A stretch of DNA of 64,000 nt from Firmicutes bacterium UBA3920 (GTDB lineage Bacteria > Bacillota > Clostridia > Caldicoprobacterales > Xylanivirgaceae), in NCBI GenBank assembly GCA_002386065.1, contig DGES01000026.1, positions 20,587 through 84,586 on the forward strand, in the 5' to 3' direction. Below, one piece after another: positions 31,908-39,768 of this stretch. Under the pieces are notes generated by a model. That model was given only the letters and a program-made list of their open reading frames with translations. It was not told the origin of the DNA and searched no databases. A program made the translations under genes and the position numbers. Within the stretch, counting starts at the first letter, position 1. The number at the start of each line of letters is the position of its first letter.

Positions 31908-32405
31908 TTATACATCTATTATCGCTTTTTGCAATTCTTTGTCTTGTTCTTTTACTTTATCTGCCATAAATATCCTATAATCTTTAAGTGCTTCTGAAAT
32001 ATCTTCATATTTTAATGCTAATATCTCAAGTGCCATTAGAGCAGCGTTCTTAGCCCCATTTATTGCTACGGTAGCCACTGGTATACCAGTAGGCATTTGT
32101 ACAATAGACAATAGGGAATCTAGCCCGTCCATTGTAGATGATTTTATAGGTAATCCTATAACAGGTAATGTGGTGTATGCTGCCAATACTCCTGGAAGAT
32201 GGGCTGCCTTACCTGCTGCCGCTATTATGACCTCAAAACCTCTATTCTCAGCTTCCTTTGCAAAATTAGCAGCTTCATCTGGTGTACGATGAGCAGACAT
32301 AACCCTTGCCACCACTTCTACATTAAATTCTTTTAAAATGTGTATAGCATCACTTACTATTGGTAAATCTGATTTACTTCCCATGATAACTGCAACCTTT
32401 GCCAT
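31908..32405 (-). CDS. purE: 5-(carboxyamino)imidazole ribonucleotide mutase
   Basis: [10 protein letters not shown] and SAHRTP motifs. Confidence 0.95.
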   Translation of the reverse strand: MAKVAVIMGSKSDLPIVSDAIHILKEFNVEVVARVMSAHRTPDEAANFAKEAENRGFEVIIAAAGKAAHLPGVLAAYTTLPVIGLPIKSSTMDGLDSLLSIVQMPTGIPVATVAINGAKNAALMALEILALKYEDISEALKDYRIFMADKVKEQDKELQKAIIDV

Positions 32406-32426
32406 ACGAAAACCTCCTTAATTGGT

Positions 32427-32460
32427 ATGCCCAATCAACCTATTTAAGTTGATTGGGCAT
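32427..32460 (-). other. 13-bp perfect hairpin between the permease gene and purE, with no U-tract
   Basis: ATGCCCAATCAAC (32427-32439) / GTTGATTGGGCAT (32448-32460). Not followed by a T-run on the minus strand, so probably an RNA-stability or partial-attenuation element rather than a full terminator. Confidence 0.4.
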
Positions 32461-32467
32461 GGATAAA

Positions 32468-33883
32468 TTACATGAATTTTGCAAGTAATACAAATCTCAA
32501 AATAAATAATACTACAAATACATACATTATGGGATGAACTTCCTTGGCTTTACCTTTTACTATTTTAACTAATGAATAAAATATAAATCCTGCAGCAATT
32601 CCATTTGCTATACTATAGGAGTAAGGCATAAGAACCATTGTGACAAATGCAGGAAGTGCTTCTTCTATATCATCAAAATTTATATTCTTTATAGAACTCA
32701 TCATAAGTACACCAACTATTATTAAAGCTGGAGCCGTTGCAGCACTTGGTATAATACCTGCTATAGGAGCTAGAAATATAGAAATTAGAAAGAGTATTCC
32801 CACTACAACTGCAGTAAGGCCTGTTCTACCACCTTCACTCACACCTGCACTACTCTCTACAAAAGTTGTAACAGTAGATGTTCCAAGTACTGCACCTACA
32901 CATGTAGCTATAGCATCTGCCAACATAGCTTCATTGCCCCTAGGTAAATTACCTTCTTCATCTAGAAAACCAGCTTTGTTAGCCGTTCCAATTAAAGTCC
33001 CCATTGTATCAAACATATCTACTATAAAAAATGAGAGTATAACAGTAATCACAGATATTAAGCTGGCAAAAACTCCATTTCCCGTAGACAGCAATCCTTT
33101 AAAATCCATCTTCATAAACGTAGGCTTCAATGTTATCTCGCTAAGAGAAAAGCCAACGTTTACATTTGTAACTCCCATAGGTATACCTATTATAGTAGTA
33201 ATAATTATACCTAAAAAGAGAGCACCCTTAACTTTTCGAACCATTAGAATAGATGTAATTATAAGACCTATTACCGCAAGTAATATAGCAGGAGATGCAA
33301 AGTCACCAAATTCCAATACTTGAGATCCTGCATTGTTCACTGCTTCTATCATAGCAGCTTTATCTAAAACCTCAGCCTCATTTATTATGTCAATTATTGG
33401 TCCCTGATTGACGTGAATAATACCTGCATTATTAAAACCTACAAATGCAATAAATAGACCTATTCCAGCACTAATTGCATTTTTTAAAAAAAGAGGTATC
33501 GATTCGACAACAGCTTGTCTCACACCTGATAAAGTTATTATTATAAATATTATACCGGATATAAATACTGCAGCTAAAGCCTGTTGCCATGTATAACCCA
33601 GTCCAAATACAACACTAAATGTAAAAAATGCATTTAATCCCATCCCTGGTGCCTGAGCGAAAGGATAATTGGACATGATGCCTGTAAGTATACTACCTAC
33701 TGCAGCCGCTAAGCATGTAGCTATCATTACACTATGAAAATCCATTCCCGTTTGAGATAAAATATCAGGATTTACGAATATTATGTAAGCCATTGTAAAA
33801 AATGTGGTTATACCTGCTATTACTTCAGTTTTGATATCTGTGCCGTTTTCTTCTAACTTAAAAAAGTTATTCAATTTTTCCAT
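32468..33883 (-). CDS. pbuG: NCS2/AzgA-family purine (guanine/hypoxanthine) permease
   Basis: FFKLEENGTDIKTEVIAGITTFFTMAYIIFVNP N-terminus closely resembles PbuG/PbuO-type permeases. Polytopic, 471 aa. Gene symbol is tentative. Confidence 0.85.
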   Translation of the reverse strand: MEKLNNFFKLEENGTDIKTEVIAGITTFFTMAYIIFVNPDILSQTGMDFHSVMIATCLAAAVGSILTGIMSNYPFAQAPGMGLNAFFTFSVVFGLGYTWQQALAAVFISGIIFIIITLSGVRQAVVESIPLFLKNAISAGIGLFIAFVGFNNAGIIHVNQGPIIDIINEAEVLDKAAMIEAVNNAGSQVLEFGDFASPAILLAVIGLIITSILMVRKVKGALFLGIIITTIIGIPMGVTNVNVGFSLSEITLKPTFMKMDFKGLLSTGNGVFASLISVITVILSFFIVDMFDTMGTLIGTANKAGFLDEEGNLPRGNEAMLADAIATCVGAVLGTSTVTTFVESSAGVSEGGRTGLTAVVVGILFLISIFLAPIAGIIPSAATAPALIIVGVLMMSSIKNINFDDIEEALPAFVTMVLMPYSYSIANGIAAGFIFYSLVKIVKGKAKEVHPIMYVFVVLFILRFVLLAKFM

Positions 33884-33940
33884 AAAATTATTCCTCCTTC
33901 TTTTTTAACTTAGATTCCTTAGCCTATTATTTTCCTCCTC

Positions 33941-34115
33941 CCCAAAAATAATAAAGCACATGACCTTATTTTGAGTGAACATGTGCTTTATCATATATTC
34001 CGACTTAATAATCAGAATATAAAAATGCATTTAAACCACAATCCACTCATAGTAGAGCAATTTTCGGTTGCCCCGTAGAAACTCCCAGACCATATTACTG
34101 GGGATATATGAGTTG
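33941..34115 (-). promoter_or_regulatory. purine riboswitch, guanine class, with terminator expression platform
   Basis: Minus strand: ACTCATATATCCCCAGTAATATGGTCTGGGAGTTTCTACGGGGCAACCGAAAATTGCTCTACTATGAGTGG. P1 is TCATA/TATGA, and a C precedes UAUGAG at the specificity position. Downstream hairpin AAAGCACATG/CATGTGCTTT (33953-33989) plus U-run. Confidence 0.9.
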
Positions 34116-34316
34116 TGCTCTCTTGACATATTTATACTATCAAAACACTATAAAAAAGTCAATCATGTATTTGAACGTTTTTTTGTTTTTTGGATAAATC
34201 GTTCGGTTTTTATTTTTATGCGTTGAATCTCCAGCTTTTTTAAATATCCATAATCGATAAAAATACATGTCAGTGATAGATCAAAGCACTTTGCAAACAT
34301 ATCATTCCACCTTTAC

Positions 34317-34388
34317 CCATGCGTCCAGCAAGTCAATTATCCATGCGTCCAGCAAATCGATTATCTAGGTGTCCAGCAAATCGACTAA
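34317..34388. repeat. 3 x 24-nt direct tandem repeat in an ORF-free region
   Basis: CCATGCGTCCAGCAAGTCAATTAT / CCATGCGTCCAGCAAATCGATTAT / CTAGGTGTCCAGCAAATCGACTAA. Units 1 and 2 differ at 2 of 24 positions; unit 3 differs from unit 2 at 5 of 24. Confidence 0.8.
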
Positions 34389-34490
34389 CATCTTAAATTA
34401 AGATATTAGTTGCATTTTATTAATATTGGGTATATGTATTTATAGACGTCTAATTTATGAGTCAAGTCCATAATAGTGTGTAAATTTCCT

Positions 34491-34700
34491 CGGTATTCCA
34501 GTCAGCAAGATGTGGAACTTTTTACTACCTGCTGAACCGAAGCGTTTATGCCGCGAAAGCTGTTGATAATGAGTACATGGCATGTTAGGCTAATTGCCGG
34601 GCATTACTATACCGACATAGCCTTACCCCTGTAGGCAGAGGGATGCCCCTGATGCCTATAAACATGCCATGAGAGGCTCGTTGTCAACAGACCGTGGAAT
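34491..34700 (+). other. GC-rich, heavily base-paired element: candidate structured ncRNA (plus strand) or small palindromic insertion
   Basis: Nested long-range helices: 34560-34573 with 34677-34690 (14 bp, two U-G wobbles that only work on the plus strand); 34576-34586 with 34661-34671 (11 bp perfect); 34587-34590 with 34654-34657; 34599-34604 with 34643-34648. Also a 5' hairpin at 34491-34539. About 50% GC by hand count, against a much more AT-rich background. Confidence 0.35.
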
Positions 34701-34875
34701 AAATACGTAGGTAGTAGTATTAGGCAGAAGGACAAGATTACCAGGCATAAAAACTTCGAAATATTCCTAGAGGAATTGAGAAACCAGGAAGGTCTAATAA
34801 CAGATTTTGAGGAAGATAAAGTAAAAGTTGTTTTTAAAAATGGAATAGAAATTTAGGATTAGTTAATGACTACTG

Positions 34876-34919
34876 AATAGAGTCTATGAGAATATTTTAA
34901 CATCTGCATAGACTCTATT
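34876..34919. terminator. hairpin terminator downstream of the anti-sigma-like gene (also faces the plus-strand element)
   Basis: AATAGAGTCTATG (34876-34888) / CATAGACTCTATT (34907-34919), 13-bp perfect stem. Confidence 0.55.
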
Positions 34920-34927
34920 TAGTAAAT

Positions 34928-35704
34928 CTATTTAAGCTTAAATCTCACTATTTTCTTAATTTCTTCTAAATCTTCTGCATGAGCCAAAGAAGGATAAGCT
35001 TCTTTATTAAAAATCAAGCCTTTGTTCGATTCTAGAAACACCCAACGTTCTCCATCTGCTAGCCCATATTCTGCAAGCTCTAATAGTACCAACTCTTTCC
35101 CATTCTCCTCTCTAATAGAATTTTCATTATATGTTATGGGCATAAATATTCCTTTTCCACCTACAACCATTTGAGAAGAAATACTGGTCTCAGAGACATG
35201 GATATTTGTATCTATGGGACCTGGTAATAGAATTTTAACGGTGTTTCCTTCTACAAGATCTCCTCTTATAACATCAGTAACATTAATATAAGCGATAGCA
35301 CGATAATCTTTATATCCATCATAATCACATTCTATATTGCGAATATCATCCACAATGCCTTCAAAAGCAACTATTTTTAAATCAGCATATTTTTCTCCAA
35401 ATAATTCAGTTTCCATTAGCCATTCAATATCTCCACTACTTGCTACAGCAGGTGGATTCTCAACATATCTTACATTGACTCCCTTAGATAATTCAAGAGG
35501 AAGATTTCCATTATCGCTATTAAAAAAAGACATAGATATTGTTACAATCAAAGCCAAGCTAGCTAGGATAGCTGCAACTTTAAAGTAGAATATTGGTTTT
35601 TTACTTATAATTTTAGTATGTTCTTTTTCTCCTCTTGGTTCAGCCTCAATGATATATTTGTCATCAATGTCGCCAATAATATTCAAAAGTTTTCTATTTT
35701 TCAT
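34928..35704 (-). CDS. single-pass membrane protein, putative anti-sigma factor / sigma-associated protein
   Basis: Start overlaps the sigma gene stop (ATGA). N-terminal LLNIIGDIDDKYIIEAE motif, common in partners of clostridial ECF sigmas. One TM helix, then an extracytoplasmic domain. Confidence 0.55.
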   Translation of the reverse strand: MKNRKLLNIIGDIDDKYIIEAEPRGEKEHTKIISKKPIFYFKVAAILASLALIVTISMSFFNSDNGNLPLELSKGVNVRYVENPPAVASSGDIEWLMETELFGEKYADLKIVAFEGIVDDIRNIECDYDGYKDYRAIAYINVTDVIRGDLVEGNTVKILLPGPIDTNIHVSETSISSQMVVGGKGIFMPITYNENSIREENGKELVLLELAEYGLADGERWVFLESNKGLIFNKEAYPSLAHAEDLEEIKKIVRFKLK

Positions 35705-36264
35705 AATGAAATCCCTTCTTTCTCTAATTCTCTTTTCAGTTTTTTTCGAATTCTAAAGAGGATTGATTTTACTTTGCTATCAGTAAATCCGTAGTCCTCC
35801 CCTATTTCTTTAATACTGCTTCCGTACCAATAGCGGCGAACAAAAACTTTACGTTGACTTCTATCTATACCCCCAAGAAAATTATTAATTACTTCTATTA
35901 GGTACTTCTCGTCCATTATGTTTTCAACATCTGATTGGGCAGAAGGTATAGATTCTTCAAGCTCTGATAAAATCAGATCAATTTGTCCTCCACCACGTTT
36001 ATCTACAGTTCTTTTTTCTAGATAATTTAAGGAAAGATTACGGGTGATTTTGCCTAAAAAGGTGCGTAAATTGGAAGGCCTCGCTGGTGGAATTGCACCC
36101 CAGGCTCTCAAAAAAGTATCACTAACACATTCTTCAGCATCCTCATTATTTTGTAGAATTCTTATAGCTATTGTGTAGCAATATCTTGAATATTTTACCC
36201 TTACTTCACTGATAGCTATTTCTGATCGTTTCCAGAATAAATTAATAATTTTATCATCATCCAT
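35701..36264 (-). CDS. ECF-type sigma-70 family RNA polymerase sigma factor
   Basis: Region 2 (DAEECVSDTFLRAW) and region 4 HTH (SIKEIGEDYGFTDSKVKSILFRIRKKL), 187 aa. Confidence 0.85.
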   Translation of the reverse strand: MDDDKIINLFWKRSEIAISEVRVKYSRYCYTIAIRILQNNEDAEECVSDTFLRAWGAIPPARPSNLRTFLGKITRNLSLNYLEKRTVDKRGGGQIDLILSELEESIPSAQSDVENIMDEKYLIEVINNFLGGIDRSQRKVFVRRYWYGSSIKEIGEDYGFTDSKVKSILFRIRKKLKRELEKEGISL

Positions 36265-36267
36265 TTA

Positions 36268-36295
36268 AACACCTCCCTAGGAACACCTCCCTAGG
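36268..36295. repeat. perfect 14-bp tandem duplication covering the sigma gene Shine-Dalgarno
   Basis: AACACCTCCCTAGG AACACCTCCCTAGG. On the minus strand this gives CCTAGGGAGGTGTT twice, immediately 5' of TAAATG. Confidence 0.9.
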
Positions 36296-36321
36296 TTTAA
36301 TTTTAAAAGCCTTCACTTATA

Positions 36322-36349
36322 TACACCGAAAACATTGCATACGGTTGCA
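36322..36349 (-). promoter_or_regulatory. candidate ECF-type promoter upstream of the sigma gene
   Basis: Minus strand TGCAAC-N15-CGGTGTA resembles ECF -35 (xGxAAC) / -10 (CGT) patterns. Weak evidence. Confidence 0.25.
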
Positions 36350-36604
36350 TTATTTTAAAATACGTTTCAAAAAAATAATGACATTCTTTTATGTCACTAT
36401 AATACTCCAACAATATTCATTTTTAAATAAATTCTGCCTCTTTATCACTGCACACCCCTTTTTCAATTTGCACACCCATATGCACAGTACCTTTTAGGAT
36501 AATTAAATTGTATCAATCTCTGCAAGATTATATCTATGTTCTTACCGTCTTTGATACAATTCTATAAGCAGAAATTTATATGTTGGTAGATCCCATTTAG
36601 CAGA

Positions 36605-36627
36605 AAAGCCCTTATATCAAGGGCTTT
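36605..36627 (-). terminator. intrinsic terminator of the defence-like cassette
   Basis: AAAGCCCTT / AAGGGCTTT hairpin. On the minus strand it is followed by TTTTCTGC. Lies about 175 nt downstream of the 979-aa gene. Confidence 0.6.
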
Positions 36628-36802
36628 ATAGGATTTAGATTTAATTTAAGGAATATCCTTAATTAAATACTCTATTGAAATTCAAACAAATTTAACTAAA
36701 TTTATTCTACTATATTTCTTATTGCACACTTATATGATACTTGATGATACTTGTCATATGAATAATTAAAAAGTATAGGAAAAATTAAAAGGTTTCAAAA
36801 AT

Positions 36803-39742
36803 CTAGCCTTCAAATTCTTCTATAATTCTTTCTACATAAGCCAATCGTCCACGACCTAAAGCAGCATAATAAGTAGCGTGTTTTCTACAAGCATCTATCG
36901 CTTTCTGTAAAGCTAGTTCGCCATAGTCTTCATAGATAGCCTTTAAAAAATATCTAGTAGAGTATTCATTAAGAGTTCTTGTATATCTTTCACCATTCAT
37001 CATGGCATAAAAAGCTGAAATATAATCTCCTGCTGAACCAGGGTTCATATTGACTTTATTCGCAATTTCTTCTTTACCCTCTGTTCTCCCCAACTCTCCT
37101 TTAAAGACTTTTTTAGAAATTATGTAAGCATAAGCCACCATTTCACTAGTGATACTATTATTCTCTATATACAGATTAGCCCCCGTATCTATTTCCTCTA
37201 AAGTCGATTTCAATTTATCAAATTGTAGGATTAACCATTTGAAATTCTGTAAATATAACTCTGGATTAAATACATCTGTTTCTATAGAATGTAATATCCT
37301 TCTCGCGGTGCTAGTCTTACGACTTGTATACCATTCAAGTTCATAACCATATATTTTTTCTATTTCATCCTTCAAGAATTCTAACCTCTTAAAAGTTTCT
37401 GGTTGATGAACATAAATACCGATGCGTAAAATATTTTGTTTCATAATTTGAAAAAATATATAATAATCACTATTTCCAATTGATACATCATAGCTATTAG
37501 AATAAGAGGGAGTTTGAGAAGCTATATCTTCACCTCGGTCAATGGACTTGCAGTAATCGACAAAACTGCTCCAAAAATTAAATCGTTGCTGTTGGGTGTC
37601 TGTTAGCTCTTCATTTTTAAGTGAAGAGTTATTAGCTGTTCCAACTATATCATTTGTTGTAGGTTCTGGAATTTCTGGCACCTCATCTCTTTCTTCATTT
37701 ACAAAACCAATATGGAGTAATTCATTTTTTTGTTCTGCTGTAAAGTTGAGACCCCACCTACTTTCCATAAATTCTAAAAGTTTTAGCCCTCTATTTAATA
37801 TCGATTTAGGAGTCCAGTCTTCTTCTATAGCCACCTCTATCTCTGAATGCGATCCATTAATATAACCTCTTCTTTTTGATGAAGGGTTCTTTTTATCAGG
37901 GAAACTATCATTTTGCAATGAAGAATTTATGCTCTGCGCAAGGGGTAATAGATTACCTAAACTAGCGGACAAAATCTTTATTTCATCTTCATTAAAATGA
38001 CGAATTTGATTACGCCAATACCATTTAGTTGGTGTCTGCGGCAAAATATGTTCAATTGTAATTTTGTCTTTTTCAACCTTTGAAAACATCTGCCAGTCTA
38101 TTTTTTGAATATTGTTCTTAATAGATAAGTGGCTTTCGTACTCATATAAAAAATATCTTAAATCTCGCCAGCCATAAAAGCCTAAACCAGAATCGAATCG
38201 TCTATCTGTTCTAGCTATAAAGCTTGCTATAATTGAATTTAAGTCATTATCTATTGTTTCCATTAAATCATCTGCCACAGAGTTTAGACTTATTTTTCTC
38301 TGTAAAACATCTCTTGCCTTATTGTAATAATAGCTACTTTTATAGCTGGCATTATATCCTGCCATTCGGAAACAAAGAAATATAAATCGTTCTATTTCTT
38401 TAAAAAGTAAAACACGTTCCTCCGCCCCAACTTCATTTTTGAGAGACAAAGATATAGCTACTAATGGTCTAAAATATCCAATTCCAATTCTATTTAATTT
38501 ATTAATCCATTGTTTTTCCTCGTCAGTCAATTCATCACTATCATGGGGAAAATAAGTATAATACCAGTATTCTGCGATCTCCTTTAGACTATTCACATAA
38601 GCATTTATCTCATTTGGAGCTAATTCACTTACTAGGATTGTTTCCTCTTCCGTATTTCCTATTACATCCTCATCTTCAAATTCTTCATCTTCAGTTTGAG
38701 GTTCAGCTATTTCATTCTCAATTACTACAGGATGCTTATTAAATACATTTTTTGAAGAGAATTTATTCAATAAAAATTTAATGTAGTCATCGCCTTTTCT
38801 ACGAGTATATTGAAAGTATACCGTCCAATGAGCCCTTAAAAATTCATCATCAGATAAAGGATGGTTTTGATTTCTTCCTAGTTGATAGTAGATTTCTTTC
38901 CAAGCATCATTGATATTCTTTCTTAATTGTCCTTTATCCTTATCGTCTAACTGTTCATCATCAAACAAAGTTGTTAAATAAATAAGTCTATTTTTTAAAA
39001 GTTCTAAATTACTAAGTTTTTTTCCTCTATTATTCATAGTTTCAAAGGCCACAAAAACATCGTAATCATCTTCAATTTCATGTAAATTAAACATTAATTT
39101 TAATGTAAGCCTTTTGTATAAACTTTCAATTCCAGGCATTCCTTCTACTTCAAACAAAGATTCAAGGTTTCTAGCAAAGAACTTTTTTGCATACATAAGA
39201 TTTTGAGTATAATAAGTTTCAACAATTGTTCCACCAAATTGTTCTTCAAATATTTTATATTTTAAATAATTATAGCTAGGATTATCTAGCTCATATCCAA
39301 ACATATATGTTTTAATCAGATTTTCTGGTGGACGGCTCTTCACTATGTATTTTTCTGTAATAGCTTTGATAGATTCAAACCCTATGAATATCTGGTCATC
39401 AGATTTTCCTTGGTTTTCTTCTAGCTTCTTAATAAAAGATATTATCTCATACATAAGTATAGAAAACGTGGTTAATCTTTGCTGACCATCTACAATATGA
39501 TATGCTTTATAACCAATATCAATCAACCAGCTGTCTTCTCCCCATAAACATAAATCTTTTTTATTAACTTCTTTTAAAGACAAAAGTCCAGTATAGTGGT
39601 ATCTATCTTTATGAAGATTTAATAAATCTTCCCAGAAATCTACTAGCTGTTCTTTCTTCCAAGCATATCCTCTTTGATAATCTGGTATTCTAAACAGTCT
39701 ATTTTGAAATAATGTTGATAAAGAAATTAATTCATTTGACAT
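36803..39742 (-). CDS. 979-aa GmrSD-like fusion: DUF262 (ParB-like NTPase) + DUF1524 (His-Me/HNH nuclease) + DUF4268-like + unassigned C-terminal module
   Basis: RIPDYQRGYAWKKEQ and DGQQRLTT (DUF262). ITIEHILPQTP...LGNLLPLAQSINSSLQN (DUF1524). FNFWSSFVDYC...YIFFQI...LRIGIYV...LEW segment (DUF4268-like). The last ~130 aa are not recognised. Confidence 0.85.
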   Translation of the reverse strand: MSNELISLSTLFQNRLFRIPDYQRGYAWKKEQLVDFWEDLLNLHKDRYHYTGLLSLKEVNKKDLCLWGEDSWLIDIGYKAYHIVDGQQRLTTFSILMYEIISFIKKLEENQGKSDDQIFIGFESIKAITEKYIVKSRPPENLIKTYMFGYELDNPSYNYLKYKIFEEQFGGTIVETYYTQNLMYAKKFFARNLESLFEVEGMPGIESLYKRLTLKLMFNLHEIEDDYDVFVAFETMNNRGKKLSNLELLKNRLIYLTTLFDDEQLDDKDKGQLRKNINDAWKEIYYQLGRNQNHPLSDDEFLRAHWTVYFQYTRRKGDDYIKFLLNKFSSKNVFNKHPVVIENEIAEPQTEDEEFEDEDVIGNTEEETILVSELAPNEINAYVNSLKEIAEYWYYTYFPHDSDELTDEEKQWINKLNRIGIGYFRPLVAISLSLKNEVGAEERVLLFKEIERFIFLCFRMAGYNASYKSSYYYNKARDVLQRKISLNSVADDLMETIDNDLNSIIASFIARTDRRFDSGLGFYGWRDLRYFLYEYESHLSIKNNIQKIDWQMFSKVEKDKITIEHILPQTPTKWYWRNQIRHFNEDEIKILSASLGNLLPLAQSINSSLQNDSFPDKKNPSSKRRGYINGSHSEIEVAIEEDWTPKSILNRGLKLLEFMESRWGLNFTAEQKNELLHIGFVNEERDEVPEIPEPTTNDIVGTANNSSLKNEELTDTQQQRFNFWSSFVDYCKSIDRGEDIASQTPSYSNSYDVSIGNSDYYIFFQIMKQNILRIGIYVHQPETFKRLEFLKDEIEKIYGYELEWYTSRKTSTARRILHSIETDVFNPELYLQNFKWLILQFDKLKSTLEEIDTGANLYIENNSITSEMVAYAYIISKKVFKGELGRTEGKEEIANKVNMNPGSAGDYISAFYAMMNGERYTRTLNEYSTRYFLKAIYEDYGELALQKAIDACRKHATYYAALGRGRLAYVERIIEEFEG

Positions 39743-39768
39743 TTAGGCACTTCCTCCCTTCGATGACA

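Noticed and set aside
34662-34856. Open frame of 64 codons ending ...LITDFEEDKVKVVFKNGIEI*, reminiscent of the extreme C-terminus of large serine recombinases
   Set aside because: It has no usable start codon or SD. The resemblance is only a loose pattern over about 20 residues. Its 5' part is the 3' half of the base-paired GC-rich element. It is at best a relic and I do not call it a CDS.
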